Part shown: piece by piece, positions 10,089-20,604 of the stretch
How the letters are laid out: each line of letters starts with the position of its first letter
Numbering within the stretch: position 1 is the stretch's first letter
Source: an uncultured Rivularia sp.
GTDB taxonomy: Bacteria > Cyanobacteriota > Cyanobacteriia > Cyanobacteriales > Nostocaceae
Assembly: GCA_963665115.1 (NCBI GenBank)
Contig: OY762007.1
Location: forward strand, 6,752,001 to 6,816,000
Length of the DNA stretch: 64,000 nucleotides
Direction of reading: 5' to 3'
The notes under the pieces: model-generated
Told to the model about the DNA's origin: nothing
Database searches by the model: none
What the model saw: only the letters and a program-made list of their open reading frames with translations
Made by a program: the position numbers and the translations under genes

Positions 10089-10372
10089 TATAATAAAGGG
10101 ATTTGTTGGTGATGAATCCGGATTTTTAAACGAGATTGAGCCGCGATCTCAAGCAAATTGTTCCTAGTTGGTATTCCAGCAATCGGATGGATTCCAATAG
10201 ACTTCAGTTCGTGAAGACCAGGACAAATCCTTGACAAAGCACTATAGATAACATAGCCATTATCAAGAGGAATAGGTGCGCCTCTTAGCTTAAAAGTTAA
10301 GTCTACATATTCCTCACTTGGAATTAATAGGGCTGCCATAGATGAAAATTTATCTCCGACACCAGCCAGCAT
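10089..10372 (-). pseudogene. cas6: Cas6 N-terminal part
   Basis: YVDLTFKLRG..IPLDNGYVIYSALS..IGIHPI; start at ATG 10372 or 10339. Confidence 0.88.
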
Positions 10373-10414
10373 AAACCGCTTCTGCTCTTTCCTGCTTTCT
10401 ATATTCGATTGAAC

Positions 10415-10572
10415 TCGCGGCAGGCTTATCATTCCATTTTGAACTAGCGGCAAAATTATGGTTCCAAGATGCCAATTTCATCAAAAATTGGCTGACGTAA
10501 GAATGAGGGTTATGGTGTTGTTGGCGGCAAAGTTATGGTTCCAGTAGCGGCAAAGTTATGGGTAAAGTCACA
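10415..10572 (-). repeat. Tn7-like transposon end with TnsB-binding repeats
   Basis: Minus strand reads TGTGACTTTACCCATAACTTTGCCGCTA. GCGGCAAA(G/A)TTATGG copies lie near 10547, 10524 and 10447, with a degenerate copy near 10417. Candidate TSD CCTGG at 10573-10577. Confidence 0.85.
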
Positions 10573-10987
10573 CCTGGCGACTATAAGTCGCGGCTATACA
10601 AGCAAAACCCACCGTGGCAGGGGTTGATATTCTTTATCGCTTTTCTGGTTACAAGTCAAAGCCTTATAATACACTTCTGGAACGCAGAGCCTTGCATTTA
10701 TACTGGAAGCAGAGCCTCCGGCTATGGATTTTCAGCCAGAAGCTGGGAACCAGTAACCAATCCAAAATCCAAAATCCAAAATTGAAATGACTGTACAATT
10801 GCTCAGACGGAAATTTACAGCGGTTTCAAATTTGGTATCAAAAATTTCATCACCGAAATAATAATTTCGCATTATTCCCATAAACTAAAAAGACGTAGCA
10901 TTGCTACGTCTCTACAAAATTAATTCTTATTCTTAACCCCTGCCACGGTGGGTTTTGCCTGTATAGCCGCGATTTCAATCGCCAGGT
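10572..10987. repeat. Inverted pair of ~55-bp REP-like repeats (10572-10626 and 10933-10987)
   Basis: ACCTGGCGA..TCGCGGCTATACA(A/G)GCAAAACCCACCGTGGCAGGGGTT present in opposite orientations. Confidence 0.75.
10891..10911. repeat. Dispersed palindrome AGACGTAGCA-N-TGCTACGTCT (also ~16960, ~35489, ~36309)
   Basis: Four near-identical intergenic copies, mostly near gene 3' ends. Confidence 0.8.
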
Positions 10988-11005
10988 AAGTTTAACACTT
11001 ATCTT

Positions 11006-11818
11006 CTAAGACTCCGGCGTAGGAATTGGCTTAATATCCTTTGCCTTATAAAAAGTCTCTAAACTATCTTTATCGCCAACAAATCGCCAATGCCAAGGTT
11101 CGTAACTTACACCTTGAGAATTATCTTTAGGAAACGAAAGTTCAAATCCGTACCGTGCAGCATTTGCTTCTAACCATTTAAAGGCTTTGGTGTTTTCAAA
11201 TTTTGTGCTTAAGTTAGTTGCTGGTACTGCACTATCACCAATATCTACAGCGTAACCCGTATGATGTTCGCTATGTCCGGGAGGGGCGCTGACTGATGCT
11301 CTTTGGGCTGGTGTTTGATTGCGCTGGGCACCGATATTAAAAAATAACTTTTCCTGTTCTTTTACCGAGCGAAAACCTGAAATGGGTACCAATCTTATAC
11401 CAGCTTTTCGAGCATCTTTCACCATCTGCTGAAACTTTTTACCTGCGGATTTTCGTAACCTTATCCGTTTTCCGCTGGCATTAACTGCTACGATTTCTGA
11501 TTCTGGAGCTTCTTTGTATTCTAGATGCCCTAACAATGCTTCTTTTTCGGCAGAATCGTTAGCTTGTGTAGTCGGAGAAGCTGAATTAGTCGGCAAAGGT
11601 TGCTGTTTTGCAGTATTTTTCGGTGCAGCAATGTAAAAGATCAAACCACTGATTGCAGCAAGCAGAGCAAAACCCATTACTCCGGCGATCGCCAAAAAGG
11701 ACGGGCGTAAACCTAGCTTGGGAGACGCATCAGGAGTATCGCGCAAAGCTTGGGGAATATCTTCGCTAATTTCGGAGGGGGTTGAGTTTTGTGCTTCCTC
11801 GTAAAACTCATTATTCAA
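11006..11818 (-). CDS. D-alanyl-D-alanine carboxypeptidase (VanY/M15B family)
   Basis: SGFRS, SEHHTGYAVD and EPWHWRF motifs; one TM helix. Confidence 0.9.
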   Translation of the reverse strand: MNNEFYEEAQNSTPSEISEDIPQALRDTPDASPKLGLRPSFLAIAGVMGFALLAAISGLIFYIAAPKNTAKQQPLPTNSASPTTQANDSAEKEALLGHLEYKEAPESEIVAVNASGKRIRLRKSAGKKFQQMVKDARKAGIRLVPISGFRSVKEQEKLFFNIGAQRNQTPAQRASVSAPPGHSEHHTGYAVDIGDSAVPATNLSTKFENTKAFKWLEANAARYGFELSFPKDNSQGVSYEPWHWRFVGDKDSLETFYKAKDIKPIPTPES

Positions 11819-11918
11819 GGCTCAACTCCGTTTGGAATGTTCGGTAATTATTAGAGATTGTAGACTGTAGAGAAAGAAACCTGTTAGATAGTAAGTTACA
11901 TATGCAATTCCTGATTTT

Positions 11919-12839
11919 GTGTTAGAAAACATCTTAGAACTTTACTTTAAACTGATTGCAACGGTTTCAATAGGATTTTTATTAGGGCGCTGGCTACCGA
12001 ATACAGCTTTAAATCGCTTAGGTAAGTTCCTATTTTGGATCGGAGTACCGATAGGAATTGTCGCTTTTTTACGCAAAGCCGATTTATCAGGAGCAATTTG
12101 GATTGCACCCGCAGTAGCTTACGGAGCCATGTTACTTGGAGCATTTTTTGCTTGGTTAGGAATAAAATTGCAAAGTTATTTTACAAGTACAGTCCCATTA
12201 CCGCCTACTCAGGGAAGTTTAATTATATCGGCAATGGCAGGAAATACGGGTTTTCTTGGTTATCCTATCGCGTTGGCAGTATATGGAACTCAGTATTTTG
12301 CCTGGGGATTATTTTACGATTTATTAGGTTCGTTGTTTGTGACTTGGGGTTTTGGCTCAGTAATCGCAGCCCGTTTTGGCGGTAGCGCTACTAACTTTTG
12401 GCAGATTAGCAAAGTAATATTAATCAATCCTGCTTTATGGAGTTTTGGATTCGGCTTGTTGTTTCGACAAGTAGAAATTCCTTTCTCCGTAGAATTTGTA
12501 TTGGACAAATTGGGTTGGAGTGGCGTAGGTTTATCATTAATTTTAATAGGAATGCGATTGAGTAAGTTGACTTCTTGGCACAATTTACCCCAAGCAGGAA
12601 TTAGCATCGCCATCAAAATGCTGTTAATTCCCCTGGTATTTGGTATCACCTTCAGATTTTTGGGTTTAACAGGTACGAGCGCAAAAGTAATTTTACTGCA
12701 AACAGCAATGCCCCCGGCTTTCTCCACTTTAATAATCGCCGAAATATTCAATCTCGACAGCGACTTAGCAGTTACCACAGTAGCAGCAGGAACATTACTA
12801 TTGCTTCTAACCCTTCCGATGTGGCTCTTAGTATTTTAG
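11919..12839 (+). CDS. AEC (auxin efflux carrier) family transporter
   Basis: GNTGFLGYPI, IKMLLIP and AMPPA motifs; multiple TM helices. Confidence 0.88.
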   Translation: MLENILELYFKLIATVSIGFLLGRWLPNTALNRLGKFLFWIGVPIGIVAFLRKADLSGAIWIAPAVAYGAMLLGAFFAWLGIKLQSYFTSTVPLPPTQGSLIISAMAGNTGFLGYPIALAVYGTQYFAWGLFYDLLGSLFVTWGFGSVIAARFGGSATNFWQISKVILINPALWSFGFGLLFRQVEIPFSVEFVLDKLGWSGVGLSLILIGMRLSKLTSWHNLPQAGISIAIKMLLIPLVFGITFRFLGLTGTSAKVILLQTAMPPAFSTLIIAEIFNLDSDLAVTTVAAGTLLLLLTLPMWLLVF

Positions 12840-13100
12840 AATTGGGAATTGGGCATAGGGCATAGGGCATAGGGAGTTGGGCATTAGAAATAGTTAGGAG
12901 TATTGAGTAAGGAGTAAGGAGTAGGGAGTAGAGAGTAGCAAGTAAATCACTTTTTTATTATTGTCATAAATGTCGGTACTTCTGCCCGTCTATTTTTACT
13001 CGCTACTTGTTACTCATTACTCACTACTCACTACTTTAATAATGTCCCCTTGTCCCCTTGTCCCCTTGTCTCCCCATCCCTAATTCCCTAATTCCCATCA
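12840..13100. repeat. STRR-armed dispersed element with a 68-bp core (12941-13008), copy 1
   Basis: Core is identical to the reverse complement of 62456-62523. Confidence 0.85.
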
Positions 13101-13102
13101 AA

Positions 13103-13621
13103 TCAACACGGCTGACTCACCTTCTCGGCAAGTTCGGCTGGACTTGTAAATTCATAATTTTCAAATGGTTGATGTATCCAGGGGTTGTCGGATAAGTAAT
13201 CGGCGTAGTAGTCGGGGACTATTTCCGAACAAGCTTTATACCAGATAACGGCGGTACGAATCTCTTCTATGGTGGTTTCGCTATTTTTCTTTAACCAAGG
13301 AATAGTCTCTTCGAGCGTAACCCCTGAATCTACTAAGTCATCAACTAAAAGGATTCGCGAACCTAATGATTCATCAGTCATTGTTAAATGTTGAGAAAAG
13401 GTCAATTGACCCCTTTCTTGCTTGCCCGCACCGCTGTAAGATGATGTTGCTAATATTGCTAGCGGTTGCTTGTATATACGGGATATAATATCCCCCACTC
13501 GCAGTCCACCCCTGGCAAGGCAGACTATTTGATTGAATTCCCAGCCGGATTGATAAATTTGAGCAGCTAGTTGTTCTATTTTGTGGTGATAATCTGACCA
13601 CGAGACATAAAGGTCTGGCAT
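13103..13621 (-). CDS. Phosphoribosyltransferase (purine PRTase-like)
   Basis: LARGG and ILLVDDLVDSGVT PRPP-binding motif. Confidence 0.88.
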   Translation of the reverse strand: MPDLYVSWSDYHHKIEQLAAQIYQSGWEFNQIVCLARGGLRVGDIISRIYKQPLAILATSSYSGAGKQERGQLTFSQHLTMTDESLGSRILLVDDLVDSGVTLEETIPWLKKNSETTIEEIRTAVIWYKACSEIVPDYYADYLSDNPWIHQPFENYEFTSPAELAEKVSQPC

Positions 13622-13686
13622 AAGAGAGGTAATTTAAAACTAATAGTAGATGCCAAATCCTTTATTGTAATACGAGTGTAGGTATT

Positions 13687-15118
13687 ATGAGCGATTCTAT
13701 GGCTGATGGTTATCCTCAAAAGGTTGATAAAGATAAAAAACTCAACTTAAAAACCAAGTTGGCTTACGGTGCTGGGGATTTGGGACCGGCTATTACTGCA
13801 AATATTTCCGTATTCTTTCTGTTAGTTTTCTTTACTAATGTCGCGGGTATTCCGGCGGGTTTAGCTGGCAGTATTTTGATGGTGGGCAAAATTTGGGATG
13901 CTGTCAATGACCCGCTTGTAGGAGTTTTGACAGATCGAACCGAATCTAAACGTTGGGGTCGCCGTCTTCCTTGGTTACTGTATGGTGCGATACCTTTTGG
14001 TATTTTCTTCTTTTTGCAGTGGATTGTACCAAGTACCAATGTTTGGGTATTGTTTTGGTATTACGTCATTATTGGAGTGATATCTCAAGTATTTTATACG
14101 GTAGTCAATTTGCCTTATACAGCAATGACTCCAGAATTAACTCAAGATTACGACGAACGAACCAGCCTTAATAGTATTCGCTTCGCTTTTTCTATTGGCG
14201 GTAGTATTCTTTCATTATTGTTAGCACGATTAATATTTGCTTTAATTGATAATCGTCAACAGCAATATCTAGCTTTAGCAGCAGTTTGTGCTGTAATTTC
14301 GGTTTTAGGACTATTTTGGTGCGTTTGGGGAACTCGCGAAAGGGTTTTAGCTTTTGAAGCGAAACGTACTCAAAGCGAGGAAAGCGAATCTATTCCTTTC
14401 GGGGAACAAATCAAAATCGTCTTCAATAACAAACCTTTTTTATTCGTAATTGGTATATACCTTTTCTCCTGGTTGGGGGTACAAATAACCGCTAGCGTTA
14501 TTCCTTATTTTGTGATCTATTGCATGAGGCTAAAGGAATCAGATGTACCGACAGTAATGATTGGGGTACAGGGAACCGCTTTATTAATGTTGTTTGTTTG
14601 GGGTGCATTAAGTAAACGAGTGGGGAAAAAAGCCGTTTACTTTATGGGAATGTTTTTATGGATCATCGCAGCGACGGGATTATTTTTCTTACAACCCGGT
14701 CAAATTGGTTTAATGTACGTTTTAGCAGTACTAGCAGGTTGTGGGGTATCTGTTGCTTATCTTGTACCTTGGTCTATGATGCCAGATGTAATTGAATTAG
14801 ATGAATTACAAACCGGACAACGCCGTGAAGGAGTATTCTATGGCTTTATGGTGTTACTACAAAAATTTGGTTTAGCTTTCGGTTTATTTCTAGTCGGAAT
14901 CGCTTTACAAACTTCGGGTTTTCAAGAAAATATTCCCGGACAAACTGAACTACCAATACAGCCAGATGCAGCACTATCAGCCATCCGCATCGCTGTAGGG
15001 TCCAATTCCCATTGGATGTTTAATTGGCGGATTATTTTTAACCTATTTTTATCCCATCACCCGCGAAATGCACGCCGAAATGTTACTTAAACTCGAAGAA
15101 AAACGGAAAAACAGTTAA
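13687..15118 (+). CDS. MFS transporter, GPH/MelB-like family (apparent +1 frameshift at ~15000)
   Basis: WDAVNDPLVG, GRRLPW and GQRREG motifs. Removing one G at GGGTCC restores AVGPIP..FYPITRE..* ending at 15118. Confidence 0.88.
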
Positions 15119-15434
15119 CAATTATCAATTATCAATTATCAAAGAGTTCAGAAAGCGAAGGGAGCGGAGGAAGCTGAGGGAGCAAATCCAAATTCAAATT
15201 CTTTTTTCTTTCCTTGTCTCCTTGTCTCCCCATTCCCCCATCCCCCCTCATCAATTTCGCAGTGGAAGTATATCTAATGGCATAGGCTGGGCTGCAAGTG
15301 CTGCAATTACTGGTCTTTTATTACTATGGCTGATGAATAATCATCGCCAAAACCTGCCATCGGGCTAATGTATCTTAGCTGGGGTAATGTTACTTATAGA
15401 AATGTAACTATTAGTAACTTTATTCAAATTAATA

Positions 15435-16118
15435 ATGGTAGATACAAGTTTACAAGAAATTACTACTCAATTAGAAAGTTCTTCTTTAAGAGATCGGATG
15501 GTAGCTCTTGCTTCTTTGAGGAATATCCCCGCAGAGGATGCTGTCCCTTTAATTAAAAAGGTGCTTGATGACGAATCTCTGCAACTGCGCTCGATGGCGA
15601 TATTTGCTTTGGGGATTAAACAAACACCGGATTGCTATCCGATTTTAGTCCAAACAATGGAAACTGACTCGGATTATGGCATTAGAGCCGATGCTGCGGG
15701 TGCTTTAGGATATTTAGGTGATACTAGAGCTTTAGAACCACTATCGCGAGCATTTTACGAAGATACCGATTGGTTGGTACGTTTTAGTGCTGCTGTAGCG
15801 CTTGGTAATTTGAAAGATACTCGTGCTAAGGATGTACTTTACAAAGCCCTCGAAAGTGAAGAAATTGTCATCCAACAAGCGGCGATCGCAGCGTTAGGAG
15901 AAATCAAAGATATTGAATCTGTAGATAAAATACTCCGTTTTGCTCAATCGGATGATTGGTTAGTACGTCAGCGTTTGGCAGAAGCTTTGGGCAATCTTCC
16001 AACTGATAAAAGTATCTCAGCTTTGAAGTATTTAGAAAAAGATAGCCACAACCACGTTAGTGAATCGGCAAGAATTTCGCTATCAAGACTTGAACAAGCG
16101 AACAATCAAATGGGATAA
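15435..16118 (+). CDS. nblB: HEAT-repeat protein, NblB-like
   Basis: PBS-lyase HEAT repeats; directly upstream of cpcS. Confidence 0.72.
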   Translation: MVDTSLQEITTQLESSSLRDRMVALASLRNIPAEDAVPLIKKVLDDESLQLRSMAIFALGIKQTPDCYPILVQTMETDSDYGIRADAAGALGYLGDTRALEPLSRAFYEDTDWLVRFSAAVALGNLKDTRAKDVLYKALESEEIVIQQAAIAALGEIKDIESVDKILRFAQSDDWLVRQRLAEALGNLPTDKSISALKYLEKDSHNHVSESARISLSRLEQANNQMG

Positions 16119-16345
16119 TCAGTATTCTTGCTTAATACGGGGAGTAGAAAATAGAAAGTAGGGAACGGGGAATAGAGAATAGGGAAGAATCAAAACCTTT
16201 AACCTTTAACCTCTCTCTTATGGAATGGGGAGAGAAGGCTCGTCTAACATTTGATTTTCTTAACTTTCTCGAAACATAGTACTTGCTTGCTGTTACATTT
16301 TAAAAAGCGAGATTATAAAAATTTGATGTCAGGTAATTTCTGAAG

Positions 16346-16912
16346 ATGAATATTGAAGAGTTTTTTGAATTAAGTGCTGGTAAATGGTTTTCTCATCGTA
16401 CTAGCCATCATTTGGCTTTTAAACAATCAGAAGGCGGTAAATCAGATATTATTATTGAAACTTTAGCAGATGACCATCCAGAAGTAATTAAATTGTGCGA
16501 GCAACATCAAGTTGAACCTAGCAGTGGAAATAGTGGTGCTAGAGTAACCTGGAACGGCACAATGGAATGGGATAAAGAAAAACACGAAGGTTCTACAGTT
16601 TTAGTTGCAATCCCAAATGCAGAAAACCCTAGGATCGGAAAGTTACTGCGAGAAATGGGCTACGCAGAAAAAACTCCAGTTGCCGGAACTTACAAAATGG
16701 GCAGCGATGATGCGCTTACCTTAACTACAGAATACGAAACCATGTGGTCTGAAGAACGTTTGTGGTTCGCAAGTCCAAATTTACGGATGCGTGTTGGTAT
16801 TCTCAAGCGCTTCGGTGGTTTCAGCATGGCTTCTTTCACCTCTGAGATTCGCATGGGTGGAAATCCATCTGCTGCGAAAACAGATGATGCAGCAGCTAAC
16901 ACTGCATCGTAA
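16346..16912 (+). CDS. cpcS: Phycobiliprotein lyase CpcS/CpeS family
   Basis: [16 protein letters not shown] and [13 protein letters not shown] motifs. Confidence 0.88.
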   Translation: MNIEEFFELSAGKWFSHRTSHHLAFKQSEGGKSDIIIETLADDHPEVIKLCEQHQVEPSSGNSGARVTWNGTMEWDKEKHEGSTVLVAIPNAENPRIGKLLREMGYAEKTPVAGTYKMGSDDALTLTTEYETMWSEERLWFASPNLRMRVGILKRFGGFSMASFTSEIRMGGNPSAAKTDDAAANTAS

Positions 16913-17001
16913 TTCATAATTCATGCATTGGTGAATCGAAATACAAATTACTAATGTAGAGACGTAGCAGTGCTACGTCTCTTTTAGCGCGAACACCTCT
17001 A

Positions 17002-18606
17002 TTACGAACCAGTTGATGTATTTTTCTTACTAGCAGTCTTATTAGGTCTGCTTCTTGGCGTTTTAGCTTGTGCTGCTTGATTCGAGTTAGTTTCAAGCTT
17101 AGTTACTGTCTTAGCAACATTATCGATCTGAGTTTTTATCGTCTCAAATCCCGCTAATTTTTCCACAACAGCTTTTAACTGTTCTTGTTGATTATTTAGC
17201 TGTGTATCTATTTCCCCTAAATTCAAATTCTGTTTAGATTGAGTATTTGCTTTATCTAACTGAGCAATATTTTTCTCGATTTTTTCTGTAGTTTTAGTTA
17301 AATTATCAACCTTACTTGAAACTGAAGAAACTGCCTCTATTTTTTCACTCAGTGCCTGTAATTCCTTTTGTGTCTGACTATTGCCTTCTATCGTTTTAGT
17401 TAAGCTTTCTCTGGTATGAGTATTAGTTTTATCTAACTGATTCAGATGTTTTTCAAGCTTGTCTGTAATCTTATTTAAATTCTCTACTTTGTCCGAAACA
17501 GAAGAAACAACTTCTAATTTTTCGCTAAAGGCTTTCAAGCTTTTTTGAGAAAGAGTATTATTACCTTCTATAGTTTTAGTCAGGCTTTCTCTAGTTTGAT
17601 TGTTAGCTTTATCTAGTTCGTTTAAATAGGTTTCGAGTTTTTCTGTAGCTTGAGTTAAATTATCAACTTTACCAGAAACGGAAGAAACGGCTTCTAATTT
17701 TTCAGTGAGTACTTGTAAGTTTTCCTGATAAATATTCTTGCTATTGTCTATTGCTTGAGTCAGACTTTCTCTGGTTTGAGTATTAGCTTTATCTAAACTA
17801 GCGAAATTAGTTTCCAATTTCTCTGTAGTTTGAGTTAAATTATCAACTTTACCGGAAACGGAAGAAACAGCTTCTAATTTTTCGCTGAGTGCTTGTAACT
17901 TTTCCTGTTGCTGATTACTGGTATTTTCTATTGCTTGAGTTAGATTTTCTCTGGTTTGAGTATTAGCTTTATCTAGTTCGCTTAGATGAGTTTCGAGTTT
18001 TTCTGTAGCTTGGGCTAAATTATCAACTTTACCAGAAACGGAAGAAACAGCTTCTAGTTTTTCGCTGAGTGCTTGTAAGTTTTCCTGTTGCTGATTATTA
18101 GTATTTTCTATTGCCTGAGTTAGATTTTCTCTGGTTTGAGTATTAGCTTTATCTAAACTAGCGAAATTAGTTTCGAGTTTTTCTGTAGCTTGAGTTAAAT
18201 TATCAACTTTTCCCGAAATAGAAGAAACAGTTTCTAATTTGTCGCTGAGTGATTGTAAATTTGTTTGAGAAAGATTATTGCTACTATCTATTGCTTGAGT
18301 TAGATTTTCTCTGGTTTGAGTATTAGCTTGATCTAAACTAGCAAAATTAGTTTCGAGTTTTTCTGTAGTTTGAGTTAAATTATCAACCTGCTTTTTTAAG
18401 ACTTGAGAAGATTCGGCTTGATTTTTACTACTATCAGCAACTATTTGAGTTAACTGCTTATTCAATTCACTTGTATCTTCTACAAGCTTTAATAACTTTT
18501 CCTGTTCAACCTTACTTGCACTAATAGCACTTTTTATTTGAAAAACCAATATAGTAACTATTAATACAAAAAATACTGATACCGTGGAGAGAATTTGCAG
18601 TGTCAT
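17002..18606 (-). CDS. Membrane-anchored coiled-coil protein with ~7 tandem 60-aa repeats
   Basis: N-terminal TM helix; VDNLTQxTEKLET..VSSVSGK repeats with 180-bp DNA periodicity. Confidence 0.8.
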   Translation of the reverse strand: MTLQILSTVSVFFVLIVTILVFQIKSAISASKVEQEKLLKLVEDTSELNKQLTQIVADSSKNQAESSQVLKKQVDNLTQTTEKLETNFASLDQANTQTRENLTQAIDSSNNLSQTNLQSLSDKLETVSSISGKVDNLTQATEKLETNFASLDKANTQTRENLTQAIENTNNQQQENLQALSEKLEAVSSVSGKVDNLAQATEKLETHLSELDKANTQTRENLTQAIENTSNQQQEKLQALSEKLEAVSSVSGKVDNLTQTTEKLETNFASLDKANTQTRESLTQAIDNSKNIYQENLQVLTEKLEAVSSVSGKVDNLTQATEKLETYLNELDKANNQTRESLTKTIEGNNTLSQKSLKAFSEKLEVVSSVSDKVENLNKITDKLEKHLNQLDKTNTHTRESLTKTIEGNSQTQKELQALSEKIEAVSSVSSKVDNLTKTTEKIEKNIAQLDKANTQSKQNLNLGEIDTQLNNQQEQLKAVVEKLAGFETIKTQIDNVAKTVTKLETNSNQAAQAKTPRSRPNKTASKKNTSTGS

Positions 18607-18890
18607 CCCTAGTTTTATCCTTAACGTAAATATAGTTAATTATTCATCCTAGATTTATTATTAATAAAATATAGAATGATACATCATCATATAGTAAGTA
18701 AAGCCATATTGTAGAGTAAAAACTTTACTATTCGAGATTATTTTCATAAAAGACGAATCTTTAAGGTGAAATAATGCGAAACAATAGTAACACTAACTCT
18801 TGCTGCAATACGGTGAGAGCAGCTTAGAACCAGCGTTACGAATTATTAAAGATTCTTTGCCTTTAACTCTACAACACTTAGATGTTTAAA

Positions 18891-20370
18891 TTAAATATTC
18901 AAAAAACTAGCAAGTGTTTGCGGTAATGGCAGCACAATCAAAATTAAGAGCGCAATTGCTAAAAGTCCGAAAAAATCCCGTTTATTATCCAGTTCAGTCA
19001 CATCGTTCAAAGCGGGTTCGTCTGCTAAACGTACAAGAAATATCAAGCAAATTGCCCACACTAAATATTGCTGCTGAACAAATGAAAGTAACAGCAGTAA
19101 CAAACGAGCTATATATCCGATAACCATTGCTGTTTTTTGTCCAAACATGGCGTGAACAATATGCCCGCCATCAAGTTGCCCCACAGGCATCAAATTCAAC
19201 GCCGTAACAATTATTCCTAGAACACCAGCTATAGCTACTGGATGTAAGTCTATTGCCACGCCGGAACTTAGCTGAGCGCCCAGGGTTAATTTGGAGAGTA
19301 GCGCTATTAATATTGAATGGCTCGGATTTAATGCATCAGGGTTTAACAGCCGTGCATTTTCTTCTATCGGAACTACCTGAGAATTAGCTAAACCCCATAT
19401 CAACAAAGGTAAACTTGCTAAAAAACCAGCAATTGGCCCCAGCAATGCTAACGTCAAATAAAGCTTTGCGATTAGGTACTGGACTACGCATCCGAATAAA
19501 TGCACCAAGTGTTCCGAGGAAAAAAGGGTTGGGAATAAAATAAGGCAGTGTAGTGCGAATTTTATAAAACTTTGCCGTCAAATAATGACCCATTTCGTGT
19601 ATACCTAAAATAGTTGTCAACGATAAGGCATACGGCAACCCCGGCAACATTAAGACAGGATCTGACAATATCTCTTGAGCTTTAACACCAGTTATTGTCG
19701 CTCCCACAAAAGTAGTAGTTATTAGAGTAGCTCCTAGTAATAGCAAGGCTAACCCTGGTTTAGTTAATTTTTCCTTTTTCCCTGCATCAGTTTTCTTCTG
19801 CTGATGGTTAGGAACTAACAAAAATATTGGTTTATCATTAAGGTCTTTTTGAAAAATTAAAATGAAGCGATCGCCAAATTGTGCTTCGATATTTTCTTTG
19901 ATCTGCTGATAAGCTTTATCCCCTGAAGTTCTTAATTGACCTCGACAAATCACAGCTTGGGGACGATATTCAATATTGTGAATATAGTATAAAGACCAAG
20001 GAAAACACGAACGAAGTTTAGTTTCTTCCTCTGGCTCAATAGGACGCACTGGTGCAGATTCTACGGTAGGATGTATAGCCGGTTGTGTTGCGTCGGATGG
20101 TGCTAGTGATTTTTGCTCTTTATCTTTGACCGAAATACGACCCCAATTAAATAGCACACAGTACAAAACAAAAGAAACTGCTAATGAACCAAAAACTAAT
20201 GTTGATGGTATTCGAGTATCGTACTTTATTGTCCAACCAGTCCATATTATCGGTGGTGCCATCAATACTAACCACAACAGCAAAGCAGGAGTTCTTGTCA
20301 CTTTCGCAACATTTCGTCTGAGGGTATAGTAAGTAAATATTCCTAAAATAATGAGAAGCCAGGATGTCAT
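18891..20370 (-). CDS. Site-2 protease, M50 family (apparent +1 frameshift at ~19437)
   Basis: HEMGH and NLMPVGQLDGGH motifs; removing one G restores VSIAGPIAG. Confidence 0.88.
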
Positions 20371-20604
20371 TTTGTTTTCATTGATTCTGTTGGCAATTTA
20401 AAGCTGTAGTATTAATACTGCATATTAATTAATGTCAAAAGACGGACTTATAACCCGAATTTTGCATTCACTTTTATGTGTGGTCAAATCGCGAAAGCCT
20501 TTTCTTTTAAAGAAAAGAGAATCCAAAATTCCTCCATCCACAATCGAATTTTTCGTTTTATCAATACAAATTCAAAACCTTTCTCCTTGACACAATCTTT
20601 TCCT

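Larger units (their letters stand above)
1..10572. mobile_element. Tn7-like CRISPR-associated transposon (type I-B CAST), distal part; tns genes and other end expected left of the window
   Basis: Cascade-only cas operon, mini-array, defence cargo, and a terminal TGT with repeated TnsB-type sites ending at 10572. Confidence 0.8.

Noticed and set aside
9821..10112. ORFs 9821..10006 and 9927..10112 as IS accessory genes
   Set aside because: No recognisable IS66 TnpA/TnpB features; the region is better explained as a structured non-coding tail.
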